Shown: positions 48,271 to 58,318 of the stretch, piece by piece
Numbering within the stretch: position 1 is the stretch's first letter
Layout: each line of letters begins with the position of its first letter
Assembly: GCA_965248435.1 (NCBI GenBank)
Contig: OZ252100.1
Location: forward strand, 4,768,001 to 4,832,000
Reading direction: 5' to 3'
DNA from: Candidatus Latescibacterota bacterium
GTDB taxonomy: Bacteria; Latescibacterota; UBA2968; GCA-2709665
Length of the DNA stretch: 64,000 bases
Notes under the pieces: model-generated
Told to the model about the DNA's origin: nothing
The model's input: only the letters and a program-made list of their open reading frames with translations
The model's database searches: none
Position numbers and translations under genes: made by a program

Positions 48271-48335
48271 TTTTTAACTCGTTCTCGGACAACGCATTAC
48301 CTGGTAAAACGCGACAAACAAGCTCTGGAGGATGT

Positions 48336-48623
48336 ATGGCAAAAGAGGAGAAAGTACAGCTGGAAGGTACGATCGTAGACAACCTGCCCGACGGTCAGTA
48401 TACGGTCGAGATCGAGGGTGGGCATCAAATTCTGGGCTACACGTCGGGCAAGATGAGGAAATTCAATATTCGAATCCTCGTAGGTGACCGCGTCACGATC
48501 GAGACCTCGCCTTATGACTTGAATCGTGGGCGAATAACCTGGCTGTACAAGCTTCCCCCATCGGATGATGGACGTCCCAAAAAACCCGGGGGCGGGAATA
48601 GGTTTCGAAAGAGACGTCGCTAG
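48336..48623 (+). CDS. infA: Translation initiation factor IF-1 with basic C-terminal extension
   Basis: MAKEE...EG..LP, SGKMR..IRIL.GDRV..E.SPYDL.RGRI; GGAGG RBS. Confidence 0.93.
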   Translation: MAKEEKVQLEGTIVDNLPDGQYTVEIEGGHQILGYTSGKMRKFNIRILVGDRVTIETSPYDLNRGRITWLYKLPPSDDGRPKKPGGGNRFRKRRR

Positions 48624-48750
48624 TCAACAAGCCTTCCTATACGCATTATCATTCCTGCAGTATTTTGATCCTACCTGTTAGATCATCCTTCACCTTAGAT
48701 AACGGAAACCGCAAGTAGAGGCCGGACTCGTTCCGTCGAGATTCGTCGGT

Positions 48751-51207
48751 CTATATGTCGAGCTTTGTCCACAAGAAGAGGCTGCGTGTGGAGGCCGGGA
48801 AGAAGGAGGCGCCTTCTCCGTGCGTTTCGTAGAGGCGGTCGAAGAGATTGTTGAGATCCAGGCGAATCTCAAACCGTTTTGTCCGGAACGTTCTCCCGAG
48901 GTCGTAAGCGAGGCTCAGGTTCAAGACCGTGTAAGATTCCACGAACAGATCGACGTAGTCTGGACTCTGACGCAGGTCAGGGGTTTTCCTGTTGTTCTCG
49001 GTGTTGTCGGTATACTTCTTCCCCACGTACTGGGCTGAAAGGGACGCCCGCAACCCTTTCTCTTCGTAAGTGACCCGCGCGTTCGCCAGAAGGTCCGGGA
49101 ATCCTGCAATCCGGTTGCCGTTGAGGGCGAGCGGCTGCGCGCCTTCGAAGATCGTATGGTTTTCGAAGGTGTTGCGGCTGTAGCTGAGGTTGCCGCTGAT
49201 CGTCACAGCGCGGGCGGCTCGCAACGCGGCCGTCCATTCGATCCCCCGATGCAGGGTCTGGTCGGCGTTCCCGGTTACGGGCTGGCCGTAGAGGTCCAGT
49301 TGACCGTTTTTGACGATCTCATCCCGGAAATCCATCCAGAAGACGTTCACGTTCGTGTGAATTTTTGGAGTCCGGTACCCGGCGCCGATCTCGATATCGT
49401 TCAATTTTTCGGGCTTGGCCAGCGGCCGACCGAAGTCGAATGCGACCCCGTCCCCCCTGCGCTCGAACTCCGGTTGGACCCCTCCGCTCGATGCACTGGC
49501 ATCATACAGGTTCTGCCTGCGAGGCTCCCGCGAAGTCCTCGAGTAGTTCAGATACAGGTTGAGCCGGTCGGATAGATTGAAATTGGCCCCCACCTGCGGA
49601 TTGAAGAACGTGTAGGGGACAGTAAATTCCGTGTTCACGAATTTTTCGTCGAACAACCCGTAGCGCTTGTATGCCAGCTGTAGGTTGGCCATCAAGTTCA
49701 GCTGGTCTGTGACCCTGTAATTGTGATTCAGGTAGGTGGAGGCGATCCATTTCGCGCCGTTGTATTCGTAAAAACGGTATTCCGGAAACATCTCCGAAGG
49801 GAGGCGTTCGGCCCAGCGAACTTTCCCCCAGTGGAAGGACTGGTGGTAGCGAAGCTCCAGGCCTGCTTCGGTCCTGGACCTTTCGGAGCGGTAGGAAAGC
49901 CTCGGCAGCCACCCGCCCTGGCGGTTGTTGACGAATGCCCGGATCAGAGATTGGCCCGGATTAGCGGTGGGCGTGAAGCCGTTCTCCGACGTGAGTCGAT
50001 AGTACGTGGTGTCGGCCCAGGAGCCGTCGAAGTCGAAGAACCCACCCCCCTGAACGTAGAAGAACGTGTTGTGGAGCGTCGTTGACGGAGAGAGTCTGCG
50101 CTCGTGGATGAGCTCGTAGTGAGGTTGGTGGAAGTCTTCGATCTCATCATCACCCACGATAGGATTTTCCCTTCGTAGTGTCCGGTCGCGCAGGGCATCC
50201 ACTCGGACGCCATCCACGGTTTTGAAGCGTGAATTCCCATAAAAATTGAGGTGGTCCCGGTTCAAGCTGCCGTAGATGTGGATCCGAGTCGTGGTTTCCG
50301 CCGTATAGTAGGCCGTTCCAAAGAAGTAGGAGAGGAAGTCGACCCAGGCCCCGTTCCGGTAACCATCCGTCATCGTCTTGCCGAAATGTGCGTGGAGGGC
50401 CAATCGGTCTTCCAGGAGCCCCGAATTGAGCGTGACACCCAGCTTTCTTGTGTCGTAACTCCCATAGCCCGCCGTCACCGTCAGCTTCGGCTCGCGACTG
50501 AACCTTTCGGTCACGAGGTTGATCGACCCACCGATGGCCGCGGGGCCGTAAAAGGCGCTGCCCGATCCTCGCTGTACCTGGATATCCTCCAGGCTGGACG
50601 CCAGGTCGGGGAAGTTGACCCAGTAGACGTTGTGGTCTTCCGGGTCGTTTTGCGGAACCCCGTTGATCATGACGGAGATCCGGCGCTGGTCGAAACCGCG
50701 AAGCGTCAGGTAGTTGTAGCCGATCGCGTTTCCGCTTTCGGAATACGTCGTGCTCGAAGGCAGTTCAGAGAGGAGGGTGGGGATCCCCTGAGTGTGAAAA
50801 CGGTCCTCCAGCTCTTTTCGCGTCACGTTGCTGAAGGTGACAGGTGACTCTCTGTCGACCGCTCGGGTTGCGGTTACGGTAATGACGTCGCCCGGGAGCG
50901 CAGTTTGCCTCAGGACGAAGTCGATCCTGGCCGTGTTCGAGTCCAGGGTGACCCGCTTTGTTGCAGGCGCGTATCCGATGCGCGTCGCTTTGACCGTGAA
51001 AGCCCCCGGATTGAGATTCTCGATCCTGAAATGACCCTTGGGACCGGTCTGGCCACCCCTTTTGAGCTCCACGATTTCGAGGTTCACGCCTTCGAGGGGG
51101 TTTCCAGTATCGTGGTCGACGACACGCCCGAGCAGGACCGCCGCCTCTGTACCGACCGGCAGGATCGTGACTGTCAAGAGAAGGATCAACGTTCGTAACA
51201 AATTCAA
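48751..51207 (-). CDS. TonB-dependent receptor, probably for thiamine or a precursor
   Basis: Signal peptide, carboxypeptidase-regulatory-like N domain, plug motifs (LRGFDQ.RI.V.INGVP; IQVQRG.GSA.YG..AIGGSIN), beta-barrel, upstream TPP riboswitch; TTG start after AAGGAG. Confidence 0.9.
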   Translation of the reverse strand: MNLLRTLILLLTVTILPVGTEAAVLLGRVVDHDTGNPLEGVNLEIVELKRGGQTGPKGHFRIENLNPGAFTVKATRIGYAPATKRVTLDSNTARIDFVLRQTALPGDVITVTATRAVDRESPVTFSNVTRKELEDRFHTQGIPTLLSELPSSTTYSESGNAIGYNYLTLRGFDQRRISVMINGVPQNDPEDHNVYWVNFPDLASSLEDIQVQRGSGSAFYGPAAIGGSINLVTERFSREPKLTVTAGYGSYDTRKLGVTLNSGLLEDRLALHAHFGKTMTDGYRNGAWVDFLSYFFGTAYYTAETTTRIHIYGSLNRDHLNFYGNSRFKTVDGVRVDALRDRTLRRENPIVGDDEIEDFHQPHYELIHERRLSPSTTLHNTFFYVQGGGFFDFDGSWADTTYYRLTSENGFTPTANPGQSLIRAFVNNRQGGWLPRLSYRSERSRTEAGLELRYHQSFHWGKVRWAERLPSEMFPEYRFYEYNGAKWIASTYLNHNYRVTDQLNLMANLQLAYKRYGLFDEKFVNTEFTVPYTFFNPQVGANFNLSDRLNLYLNYSRTSREPRRQNLYDASASSGGVQPEFERRGDGVAFDFGRPLAKPEKLNDIEIGAGYRTPKIHTNVNVFWMDFRDEIVKNGQLDLYGQPVTGNADQTLHRGIEWTAALRAARAVTISGNLSYSRNTFENHTIFEGAQPLALNGNRIAGFPDLLANARVTYEEKGLRASLSAQYVGKKYTDNTENNRKTPDLRQSPDYVDLFVESYTVLNLSLAYDLGRTFRTKRFEIRLDLNNLFDRLYETHGEGASFFPASTRSLFLWTKLDI

Positions 51208-51235
51208 GACACTGATCTCCTTTATGCGAATCAAC

Positions 51236-51377
51236 AAATCCCCCCTACCCCCTCCCGCGACTCGCTCGCTCGCGCGGGACATGCTTTGCAAAGGGGGACA
51301 TTGCACTCAGTATTTAGCGTAGCTATTCAGAAAGTTGATTCTTCCCCCCTTTCCTAAAGGGGGACTGAGGGGGATTT
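51236..51377. repeat. Inverted CCCCCTTT..AAAGGGGG REP-like doublet with nested 31-bp hairpin
   Basis: AAATCCCCCCTACCCCC[insert]CTTTGCAAAGGGGGA ... TCCCCCCTTTCCTAAAGGGGGACTGAGGGGGATTT. Confidence 0.75.
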
Positions 51378-51422
51378 CAAGAATGCATAGCTAAAAGATT
51401 CGGCAACAAACCAAAACAACAG

Positions 51423-51451
51423 AAAAAGCCGCTTTCACGTCAGAAAGCGGC
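51423..51451 (-). terminator. Riboswitch expression-platform terminator
   Basis: GCCGCTTTC-TGACGT-GAAAGCGGC-TTTTT on the minus strand, just 3' of the TPP aptamer. Confidence 0.8.
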
Positions 51452-51484
51452 CTTGCCATTATGTGCATTACAGAACAATTTCGA

Positions 51485-51560
<76 letters not shown>

Positions 51561-51637
51561 AACAACTTCATATCTGACAAAGAGCGGTGTTACAAGGAAA
51601 AACTAAACAGAATCGCTCACTTCGTCAAGGGCCGGGA

Positions 51638-53389
51638 TCACCCAGGCGTATCGTAGGAAAGGTCCCAGTCCCCAAGCCGACGCAGCGTAACCCTGGGGGC
51701 CGACAGGGGCTTCTCCCCAGCCATCGCCCAAGAGGCGATCTCCTCGCGGTGTCCGAGTCGGCGCAGCGCGCTGTAAGAGGCCCGGAAGTTCGAACGCCCC
51801 ACGTCTCCGTCCCAGAAGAAGAGCTCCTCGACACCCGCATCGTAGATCAGGTTTGCCATCCTTCGGAAGTCCTCCGCACTCTGCTGACGCGGCATGAGAT
51901 TGAGGGCGAGACGGCACGGTGTGCCCTTCGTCAATGAGACGAACCACTCGATTTCGCCCGCATCGGTCCAAGACTTCTGCATGCTGTCCAGATCAGGCCT
52001 GGAGGTGTAGGGAACGATCGTGTCTACCAGACCCTGTTCGATCCACGCCTTCAAATCGAGCGCGTTGTAGAGGTTCTCCTCTTCATTCCGCAGCACGACG
52101 GCTGAGATCTCGATCTTTCGCCGCCCCTGCTTTTTCGCCTCGTCGTCCAGCGTCTCTCGCAACTGGCTCATGAACCGGGTCATCGTACGAGCTCGGTATA
52201 AAAGCCATCGGGGATCTGTCTCATCGATCTGCCTGGGGTCTTCGCCGTATTCGGACTTGAATCCCTGGACGATCGGCGCTTCGTATTCCACGAACGGAGG
52301 CCGTCGGTTGTAGAGGAGGCTGATGCCGTCTATATCGTACTGAGCGATCTCCCGCATGACAGATAGAACGTAGTCACGCACCTCAGGGTAGGCGTACGAG
52401 ATTCGGGGCGCGACGTTGCCGTCCCGATCCACAGACCGCAGCTCGGGATGCGTCTCGTAGAAGGAGATCCCGAAGTTGAAGTAGTCGAACGGCGGCGGAT
52501 AGTAGAACCCTGTGACCCGGTATCCGACGTGAAACTCCATGCCGATTTCGTGCGTGTAGTCCAGGGCCACCTGGAAGGGATCGATACCCTGGTCGCGGAA
52601 TGCACGCCAGCTCTCGGCGAGCATTCGATAGCCCTGAGGACCGAAGTCCTCCAGGCCATCGAAGGTGGACCGGCGACCGACATTACTCAGGTACTGGAGG
52701 AGATCCCCCCCGCCAGCCTCCCAGCAGAGACGGCCGAAGTCCGAGTCGCGGAAAGGCTCGATGTGACGGCGGATCTCTTCTGCGGTTGTCGGGTGGAACC
52801 CGTAGTGGATGCCGTGGGCGTCGTTGTGTACGAACAGCCGCTTCGTGTCGGTCCGCTGCCGCTCATCCTGCAGCGTATCGATCTCCGCCTCGGAGAGAGG
52901 CACGAGTTTTATGTAGGCGATATACGCCGGGGATCCCTTCACGGACCCCATATCTCCTCCGGAGGCGACCTGGTGCGCGATCTGGCCAAGGACGATCTCC
53001 TGGCCGGTCAGGTCGGCGAACCTCCAGAACATCTCGTGGATCGTCTGCGCGCGGCCGGATAGATCCGGTCTCCCCAGCTTCAGCATGGAGAATGTGCCCT
53101 CGCCGCTGAGCCTCGCCCTCACCTCGATCTCCTGGCCGTGGTAGGGGTAGAGGCCGACGGAGATCGCGTGCCATCCCGACACAGCGAGGGGGTATGTGAC
53201 CTCGGGCGCACCGGTCTCGACACCGGCCAGCAGCATGGTGCCGGAGAAGCTCTCGGTGTCGTACACCATAGTGCGCCAGCGACCGGGCTGGGCGTCGTCC
53301 GACAGTGCTTCGGAGGGACGACACCTGTCCAAATCGCCGACGTAGATCGACTCGCCGGAAAGCCAGCTGTCTGCGAAGAGGTCATCCAT
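51638..53389 (-). CDS. Hypothetical protein with GHL10/DUF187-like TIM-barrel region
   Basis: Long ORF; 'DPF..ALDY.HE.G..FH', 'YAYPEVR...L..RE...YDIDG..L.Y.R' pattern. Confidence 0.55.
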   Translation of the reverse strand: MDDLFADSWLSGESIYVGDLDRCRPSEALSDDAQPGRWRTMVYDTESFSGTMLLAGVETGAPEVTYPLAVSGWHAISVGLYPYHGQEIEVRARLSGEGTFSMLKLGRPDLSGRAQTIHEMFWRFADLTGQEIVLGQIAHQVASGGDMGSVKGSPAYIAYIKLVPLSEAEIDTLQDERQRTDTKRLFVHNDAHGIHYGFHPTTAEEIRRHIEPFRDSDFGRLCWEAGGGDLLQYLSNVGRRSTFDGLEDFGPQGYRMLAESWRAFRDQGIDPFQVALDYTHEIGMEFHVGYRVTGFYYPPPFDYFNFGISFYETHPELRSVDRDGNVAPRISYAYPEVRDYVLSVMREIAQYDIDGISLLYNRRPPFVEYEAPIVQGFKSEYGEDPRQIDETDPRWLLYRARTMTRFMSQLRETLDDEAKKQGRRKIEISAVVLRNEEENLYNALDLKAWIEQGLVDTIVPYTSRPDLDSMQKSWTDAGEIEWFVSLTKGTPCRLALNLMPRQQSAEDFRRMANLIYDAGVEELFFWDGDVGRSNFRASYSALRRLGHREEIASWAMAGEKPLSAPRVTLRRLGDWDLSYDTPG

Positions 53390-53409
53390 AGATCAGGTTT
53401 CTCCGGCCT

Positions 53410-54171
53410 TCAAACGCTTTCGGCCAGTGCACCTTCGTAGAGCTCAGAGAATTTGTTGAAATAGGCCTTGTCGATGGTGTCGATTTCGCTGGTGACCTCG
53501 GCACTTGCCCAGTGCGTGGCATAGGCCCTGCGCCAGCTGTCTGATTCGTTTCGATGCGACGTGTGCAGCGTCTTGCAGTGGTGAAACACGACGCCGCCCT
53601 TTTTCACGCACGCCAGCGCCTCGCGCTTCAGGTCGATTTGATCTTCCGAAGGCGCCTTGTTGTGCGGCTCGTCGGGCAGGACGAAATGTTCCAGGATAGG
53701 CCCACGGTGCGAACCATCGATGTAGCGAAGGCAGCCGTTGGAGACATCCACGTCGTCGAGGGCGATCCAGGCCGTGAGCACTTCGTCATCGGGGTGGCAC
53801 AGGAAGTAGGCGTTGTCCTGGTGATACGGCTTGGCCGATCCGAAACGGGGCGGTTTCATGAAGATCTGGTCCGTGACGAGTTTCGGGGGCTTGCGGATGA
53901 GCTGCTCGACGAGCGAGCAAAGCCTGGGATCCAGGGCAAACCTGCGCGCGTCGGGGTGCTCGAGGAACGGATTCGCAAACTTCCGCGGGAGCATCCGGCC
54001 ATCGTCCGCTCGGTCGGCGGTGTAGCTCGACGCATCTGATTCGGGCTCCTGCTCACACAAGGCGGCCGCCAGTTCACCGATCGCCGCCACCTCGGACGCC
54101 GTGAATACACCTTCGACGACCGTCCATCCCCGGGACCAGAATTCCTCGTATCTCTTCGGGTCGAGCCGCAT
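53410..54171 (-). CDS. Phytanoyl-CoA dioxygenase (PhyH) family protein
   Basis: HQD, WIALDD...NGCL...GSH, H.S..N.S...RR. Confidence 0.9.
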   Translation of the reverse strand: MRLDPKRYEEFWSRGWTVVEGVFTASEVAAIGELAAALCEQEPESDASSYTADRADDGRMLPRKFANPFLEHPDARRFALDPRLCSLVEQLIRKPPKLVTDQIFMKPPRFGSAKPYHQDNAYFLCHPDDEVLTAWIALDDVDVSNGCLRYIDGSHRGPILEHFVLPDEPHNKAPSEDQIDLKREALACVKKGGVVFHHCKTLHTSHRNESDSWRRAYATHWASAEVTSEIDTIDKAYFNKFSELYEGALAESV

Positions 54172-54203
54172 CTTGACCTCCAACGATTCAGATCAGTTGA
54201 ATG

Positions 54204-55232
54204 TTATTCATTGCCCCAGGGAAAAGACTCGACTCGGAGCGACCGGTCGGCCGCCGGCAGGGAGATTTTCGCACCGTTTTGGGCGGATGAGCTGTGGATT
54301 GCGAAGCCGATCTCCGTCGCCCTGCGGGCTTCGGGGAGGTCACAATCGGATCGGGTTCCGTTCTCCACTGCCTGCACGAGATCACGGACCATGGCAGGTC
54401 CGGTCGGCCAGTCTTCATCGACCGACGGCAGCGAGAGGGCCAGAGCCCGATCTCCATCTTCGCGCCGGAGATAGGCGTCGGTCGCGTCGGCAAAAACGGA
54501 CAGCCGTCCCTCCTCGCCCGTGACTTCGAAACTGGGTCCTTTTCCATCCGGGCTGACATAAGCGACAGCAGTGTTGTCCATTCCGATCTGCGCGCGCGCC
54601 GGGGGATCCATCTTGCGGCGGGGGGAGTCGGATTCCGAGTCGTCGATCAGGCCGCTGACCCATACGGGCTCGGGATCACCCATCAAGGCCAGCATCGTGT
54701 CGTACCAGTGGCACCCGTGGTTGATCGTGTTGGGAAGTCCGTAAGCGACAAGCCCTGTAACCGTTCCGAGCAGGTCCGCCAGGTTCTCCCGCAAATGCTT
54801 GTAGCGCCTGTTCCAGCGCCGGTCAAGCCCGAAGACGAGCGGCGTATCCGTGCAGGCCTCCAGGATGCGATCCATTTCTGATAGCGTCGTCGCGAGCGGC
54901 TTGTCGCAGAGAATACCACGTACGCCGACCTCAACCGCGGCTTCGATCTGGTCGGCGTGTTGGGTCTGACGCGTGGCGACGCAGAGCAAATCCGGTTGAA
55001 TCTCCCTCAGCATCAGATCGTAGTCGCTGTAGGTGGGGATTTCGCCCCACACATCCCGCCAGCAGGACAAAAAGTCGGCGCGGGTCTCCTCGCCGTAGTC
55101 GAAGACGGCCACAACCTCGGTCTCGGCGACCGCGTTGAAGGCCGAAGCGAAGTTGTGATAGGCCAATTCGCGCTGGAGCATGCGATGGCACCCTGCGATT
55201 GCGACCCGATAGGGGGGTTGGTCCTGGCTCAT
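54204..55232 (-). CDS. Gfo/Idh/MocA family oxidoreductase
   Basis: YRVAIAGC, CDKPLA, GCHWYD. Confidence 0.82.
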   Translation of the reverse strand: MSQDQPPYRVAIAGCHRMLQRELAYHNFASAFNAVAETEVVAVFDYGEETRADFLSCWRDVWGEIPTYSDYDLMLREIQPDLLCVATRQTQHADQIEAAVEVGVRGILCDKPLATTLSEMDRILEACTDTPLVFGLDRRWNRRYKHLRENLADLLGTVTGLVAYGLPNTINHGCHWYDTMLALMGDPEPVWVSGLIDDSESDSPRRKMDPPARAQIGMDNTAVAYVSPDGKGPSFEVTGEEGRLSVFADATDAYLRREDGDRALALSLPSVDEDWPTGPAMVRDLVQAVENGTRSDCDLPEARRATEIGFAIHSSSAQNGAKISLPAADRSLRVESFPWGNE

Positions 55233-55262
55233 TGATGTCTCGACTCAGGCTACGGATTTCCA

Positions 55263-56207
55263 TTATCCGCGTGCAAGTTCGGCGTATTCCTTCGCCTGTC
55301 CAGGGATGTCCACGCCGACCGCTTCAGACCAGGTCTCCAACAGTTTGCGATAGATCGGTCCGGGTGTTCCGTCGCCGACCGGATCGAATTCGAACCGGGT
55401 GATGGGCGTCACGCAGGGGTTGGTGCTGGTACGCCAGGCTTCGTCTGCAATACGCACATCGTAGGGCTCGATGTCGGCCTCGTGAAGGGGGATTTCGAGC
55501 TTTTCGGCAAGCTCCATACAGAACTGGCGTGACACGCCCCGCAGGATTTCGTGCGGCCTGGGGGTGAAGATTTCACCGTCGCGGGCGAAAAAGAAGTTGC
55601 TCGCCGTGCCCTCTGTGATAAAGCCGCGTTCGTCCGTGAGCAGGGCATAGGCACCCTTGTCGATGCGATCGGCCTGGAGGTCGGCGAGCTTGTAATGGAT
55701 GCGGCAGCGGGTCTTGGCCTTGGGATCCATGTATCGGGAGGGGATCGATTTCTGGACGGGAATTACGAAATGGACCCCGTTTTCGTATTCGGGGAGAAGA
55801 AGGGCAAGATGACGGACGAGCGACATGACGTCGATAAGGACGGTCGGCTGTGACCCTTCCTTGACTTCCGACTGATAGGGTGGAACCACGCCGCGGGTGA
55901 CGTTGTGCAGGATGCGGTAATCGAGCCCCTCGAGCACCGGAAGGTTGCGCTCGATCGTTTCGTGAGTGGCGGCTTCCATCTCGTCGATCGTGAGGCCACA
56001 GTCGATTTCGGCGTAGCGGAGGGAGGCGTAGAGACGTTCGAGGTGTTCACGGAGGCGGAAGGGCTTCTGGTTGAACGACCGGGTGGCTTCGAAGACCATG
56101 TCCCCGAAGAAGAGGGAGGAGTCGAAGATGGAGATTCGGGCTTCAGCGGCCGGGACGAACTCACCGTTAAAGTAGATGACGCGCTCGGAAATAGCGCCCT
56201 CCTTCAC
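55263..56207 (-). CDS. Aminotransferase class IV (IlvE/PabC-like)
   Basis: FNGEFV, GD.VFE, HLERL, EG..SNFF, IL.G.SR. Confidence 0.88.
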   Translation of the reverse strand: MKEGAISERVIYFNGEFVPAAEARISIFDSSLFFGDMVFEATRSFNQKPFRLREHLERLYASLRYAEIDCGLTIDEMEAATHETIERNLPVLEGLDYRILHNVTRGVVPPYQSEVKEGSQPTVLIDVMSLVRHLALLLPEYENGVHFVIPVQKSIPSRYMDPKAKTRCRIHYKLADLQADRIDKGAYALLTDERGFITEGTASNFFFARDGEIFTPRPHEILRGVSRQFCMELAEKLEIPLHEADIEPYDVRIADEAWRTSTNPCVTPITRFEFDPVGDGTPGPIYRKLLETWSEAVGVDIPGQAKEYAELARG

Positions 56208-56245
56208 TTCGAAACAGCGGTTTTGGAATCGTGGAGAACCGGGTC

Positions 56246-56695
56246 CTATTTACCCTCGTGTTCCTTGAACAGATCGATCATCTTTTGACTGGGCTGCCCG
56301 ACTTCGAGGATGTAGCCGTCCGGATCCCGCATGTAACATCTCGTTTCCCAGCCGTGGTTATCCAGCGGTTCAGTCAAGAAGTGGGCCCCTTTTGACTTCC
56401 ATTCTTTATAACAGGTTTGGGCATCAGCGACTCTCAAATTCAGGAAGCTGTCGACCTTGTCTGGATTTTGTGGGGGCTCGAGAAAGACTTCCGGTTTATC
56501 AGGCGTAGGACCTCCACCAGTATTCAGAATGATCCAGGAATTTGCCAGCTTTATGATGCACGGATTTTCGGGAGCGATGACCTTTCCTCCCAGGATTCCC
56601 TCGTAAAACGCCCTGGATTTCGCCTGATCTCTTACCGTCAAAAAGTGCGTGACGAAAAAGCCTTCTTGAGGGACCGGTGCGTCGGGTAGAGTCAT
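56246..56695 (-). CDS. VOC/glyoxalase family protein
   Basis: V.D..KS.AFY..ILG, RDPDGY.LE. Confidence 0.85.
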   Translation of the reverse strand: MTLPDAPVPQEGFFVTHFLTVRDQAKSRAFYEGILGGKVIAPENPCIIKLANSWIILNTGGGPTPDKPEVFLEPPQNPDKVDSFLNLRVADAQTCYKEWKSKGAHFLTEPLDNHGWETRCYMRDPDGYILEVGQPSQKMIDLFKEHEGK

Positions 56696-56779
56696 GAGAC
56701 ACTCCAATCGTTGAACCCTGCTATATCGGAAACCTTGACTGCGTTCGAAGGGCCTGACCCATAATTATACTGACGGCAA

Positions 56780-57373
56780 TTAAAATGCGCACGAAATTGT
56801 GAGCGCAAGTCCGCCGGGGGGGTGTTGTAAAATGCCAATTCTGACTGGCAAAAGGATCGGCCGCCATCGTTCCCGGACGATTCGCGACCCGAGATACGCA
56901 CCGAGAGCGGCACCCGGGATGCCGCCTCCCAGGAATCCGATGATAACGCCTTCATCAATATGCGTTCCACCGTTATCCGAGTATTGGCTCATGATGGAGT
57001 ATAAGCCAATCATACCGACTGTTCCACCGGCGCAAAAACCAATCGCCGCACCTTTCTTCATAGATGACCTTAACCCCTGACTCCATTCGAACGTTGTTAC
57101 GGCGTCGAACGGAATCTTCCACGGAACCGTTCCATACTCGGGTTTCACGATGAGAGTGTCTGCATCCATCGCAACAAGAATTCCCACGCCTCTAAAATCA
57201 AGCACCGATGGCGCCTGGACGCGCACTCGGCTCCCTGGCGCCACGGCCGCAGAAGGCTCGACTGTCCTTCCAGGGCGTTTCTCCCTAATTCCAGGACCGA
57301 TTTCTGCCGCACAGGCTGTATATCCCACCTTGAATAGAAAAATGGTGAGCAGGATCGAGTGGATCCATTTCAT
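56780..57373 (-). CDS. Hypothetical exported protein with glycine-zipper-like hairpin
   Basis: Signal peptide, GAAIG..GG.VG / GG..GA.LG, ends GLALTISCAF; AGGAG RBS. Confidence 0.65.
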   Translation of the reverse strand: MKWIHSILLTIFLFKVGYTACAAEIGPGIREKRPGRTVEPSAAVAPGSRVRVQAPSVLDFRGVGILVAMDADTLIVKPEYGTVPWKIPFDAVTTFEWSQGLRSSMKKGAAIGFCAGGTVGMIGLYSIMSQYSDNGGTHIDEGVIIGFLGGGIPGAALGAYLGSRIVRERWRPILLPVRIGILQHPPGGLALTISCAF

Positions 57374-57443
57374 GACAGGCGCTCCTTGTGTCCCTCGCGG
57401 TGGGGTTCAAGTTACGAAAATTGCCGCCAACGCCAACCGCAAG

Positions 57444-57476
57444 AAAAAGCCCCGAAGGTTTATCCCTCGGGGCTTT
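57444..57476 (-). terminator. Intrinsic terminator
   Basis: AAGCCCCGAGGG-loop-CCTTCGGGGCTTTTT on the minus strand. Confidence 0.8.
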
Positions 57477-57503
57477 GTTGTATCGAGGATGTGACTAAGC
57501 CAG

Positions 57504-58091
57504 CTAGAAGTGGACATTGAGGGCGAGGCCTGCCCCGTCCGGGCCGGCTTGAAGGCCCAGGTTGACTCTCCGCTGAGCGAGCAGTCTGTTGTGATTGTTG
57601 GCATGTCCGCGCGCATCGAGGATGTTCCAGATGTAGAAGCCCACCCCTGCTACCACGCTTGTGATGGCACCCACTTTACGTGTCGTACTCAGTCTCTCAA
57701 ACGCGTCCGATTCGGAGTCCCTGTCCTGCCAGTTTTTGGCTTCGACTATGCTGAGCAGGCCGTCACCATTGCCGCCGTATTCGGTTTTGTCGTAGTCGGC
57801 AACATCCAGTTCAGCGGGTTTGTAGAATGCATAAGCCGAGCCGAATGCACCGAGAACGCTGGTCAGGAACAGAAAGCCGCGTTTCTTACTGCCGGCGTAG
57901 GCCTGGCCCAATCCGGGCAGGGTGGCCGAGAGATAGGTGGCCACAAGCGGGTCTTTGTAGAGTTCGATCTTACCCGGAGGTTGGTATATCTCTTCCCGTA
58001 GAGAGCCCTGGATGCCAGGTTCGTGCGCGTTTGCTTGTGGCACGAGTGTGAATGCCACGAACAGCAGAAGAATCGTGCGGGCGGTTTTCAT
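57504..58091 (-). CDS. Hypothetical exported protein (DUF5683/TM2-like motif)
   Basis: Signal peptide; KDP.VA..LSA.LPGLGQ.Y; ends GLALNVHF; AAGGAG RBS. Confidence 0.65.
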   Translation of the reverse strand: MKTARTILLLFVAFTLVPQANAHEPGIQGSLREEIYQPPGKIELYKDPLVATYLSATLPGLGQAYAGSKKRGFLFLTSVLGAFGSAYAFYKPAELDVADYDKTEYGGNGDGLLSIVEAKNWQDRDSESDAFERLSTTRKVGAITSVVAGVGFYIWNILDARGHANNHNRLLAQRRVNLGLQAGPDGAGLALNVHF

Positions 58092-58140
58092 GGTTTGCTC
58101 CTTGATAAGAGTGGATGTTCCTGCGGTCGTTCGTGATACC

Positions 58141-58158
58141 TATCAAGGAGCGTGCCAG
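58141..58158 (-). promoter_or_regulatory. Putative sigma54 (-24/-12) promoter
   Basis: CTGGCAC-GCTCC-TTGATA; AT-rich inverted repeat TGTATAAGT/ACTTATACA at 58171-58204 upstream. Confidence 0.5.
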
Positions 58159-58318
58159 TTTTTTAGAATGTGTATAAGTATTTGTGTTTTTTGTGACTTA
58201 TACAAATATAACAACCTACATGTCTCCGCCAAGCAGCCAATCAAACATCACAGGTGTGGTGTTTATGCAACAGTGTAGAGAGCCGGCCAAACGATCTGTA
58301 AGCGCCTGAGCCGGCATT

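Noticed and set aside
51208-51306. Longer N-terminus of the TonB receptor
   Set aside because: Runs through the repeat element; RBS and signal peptide point to TTG 51207.
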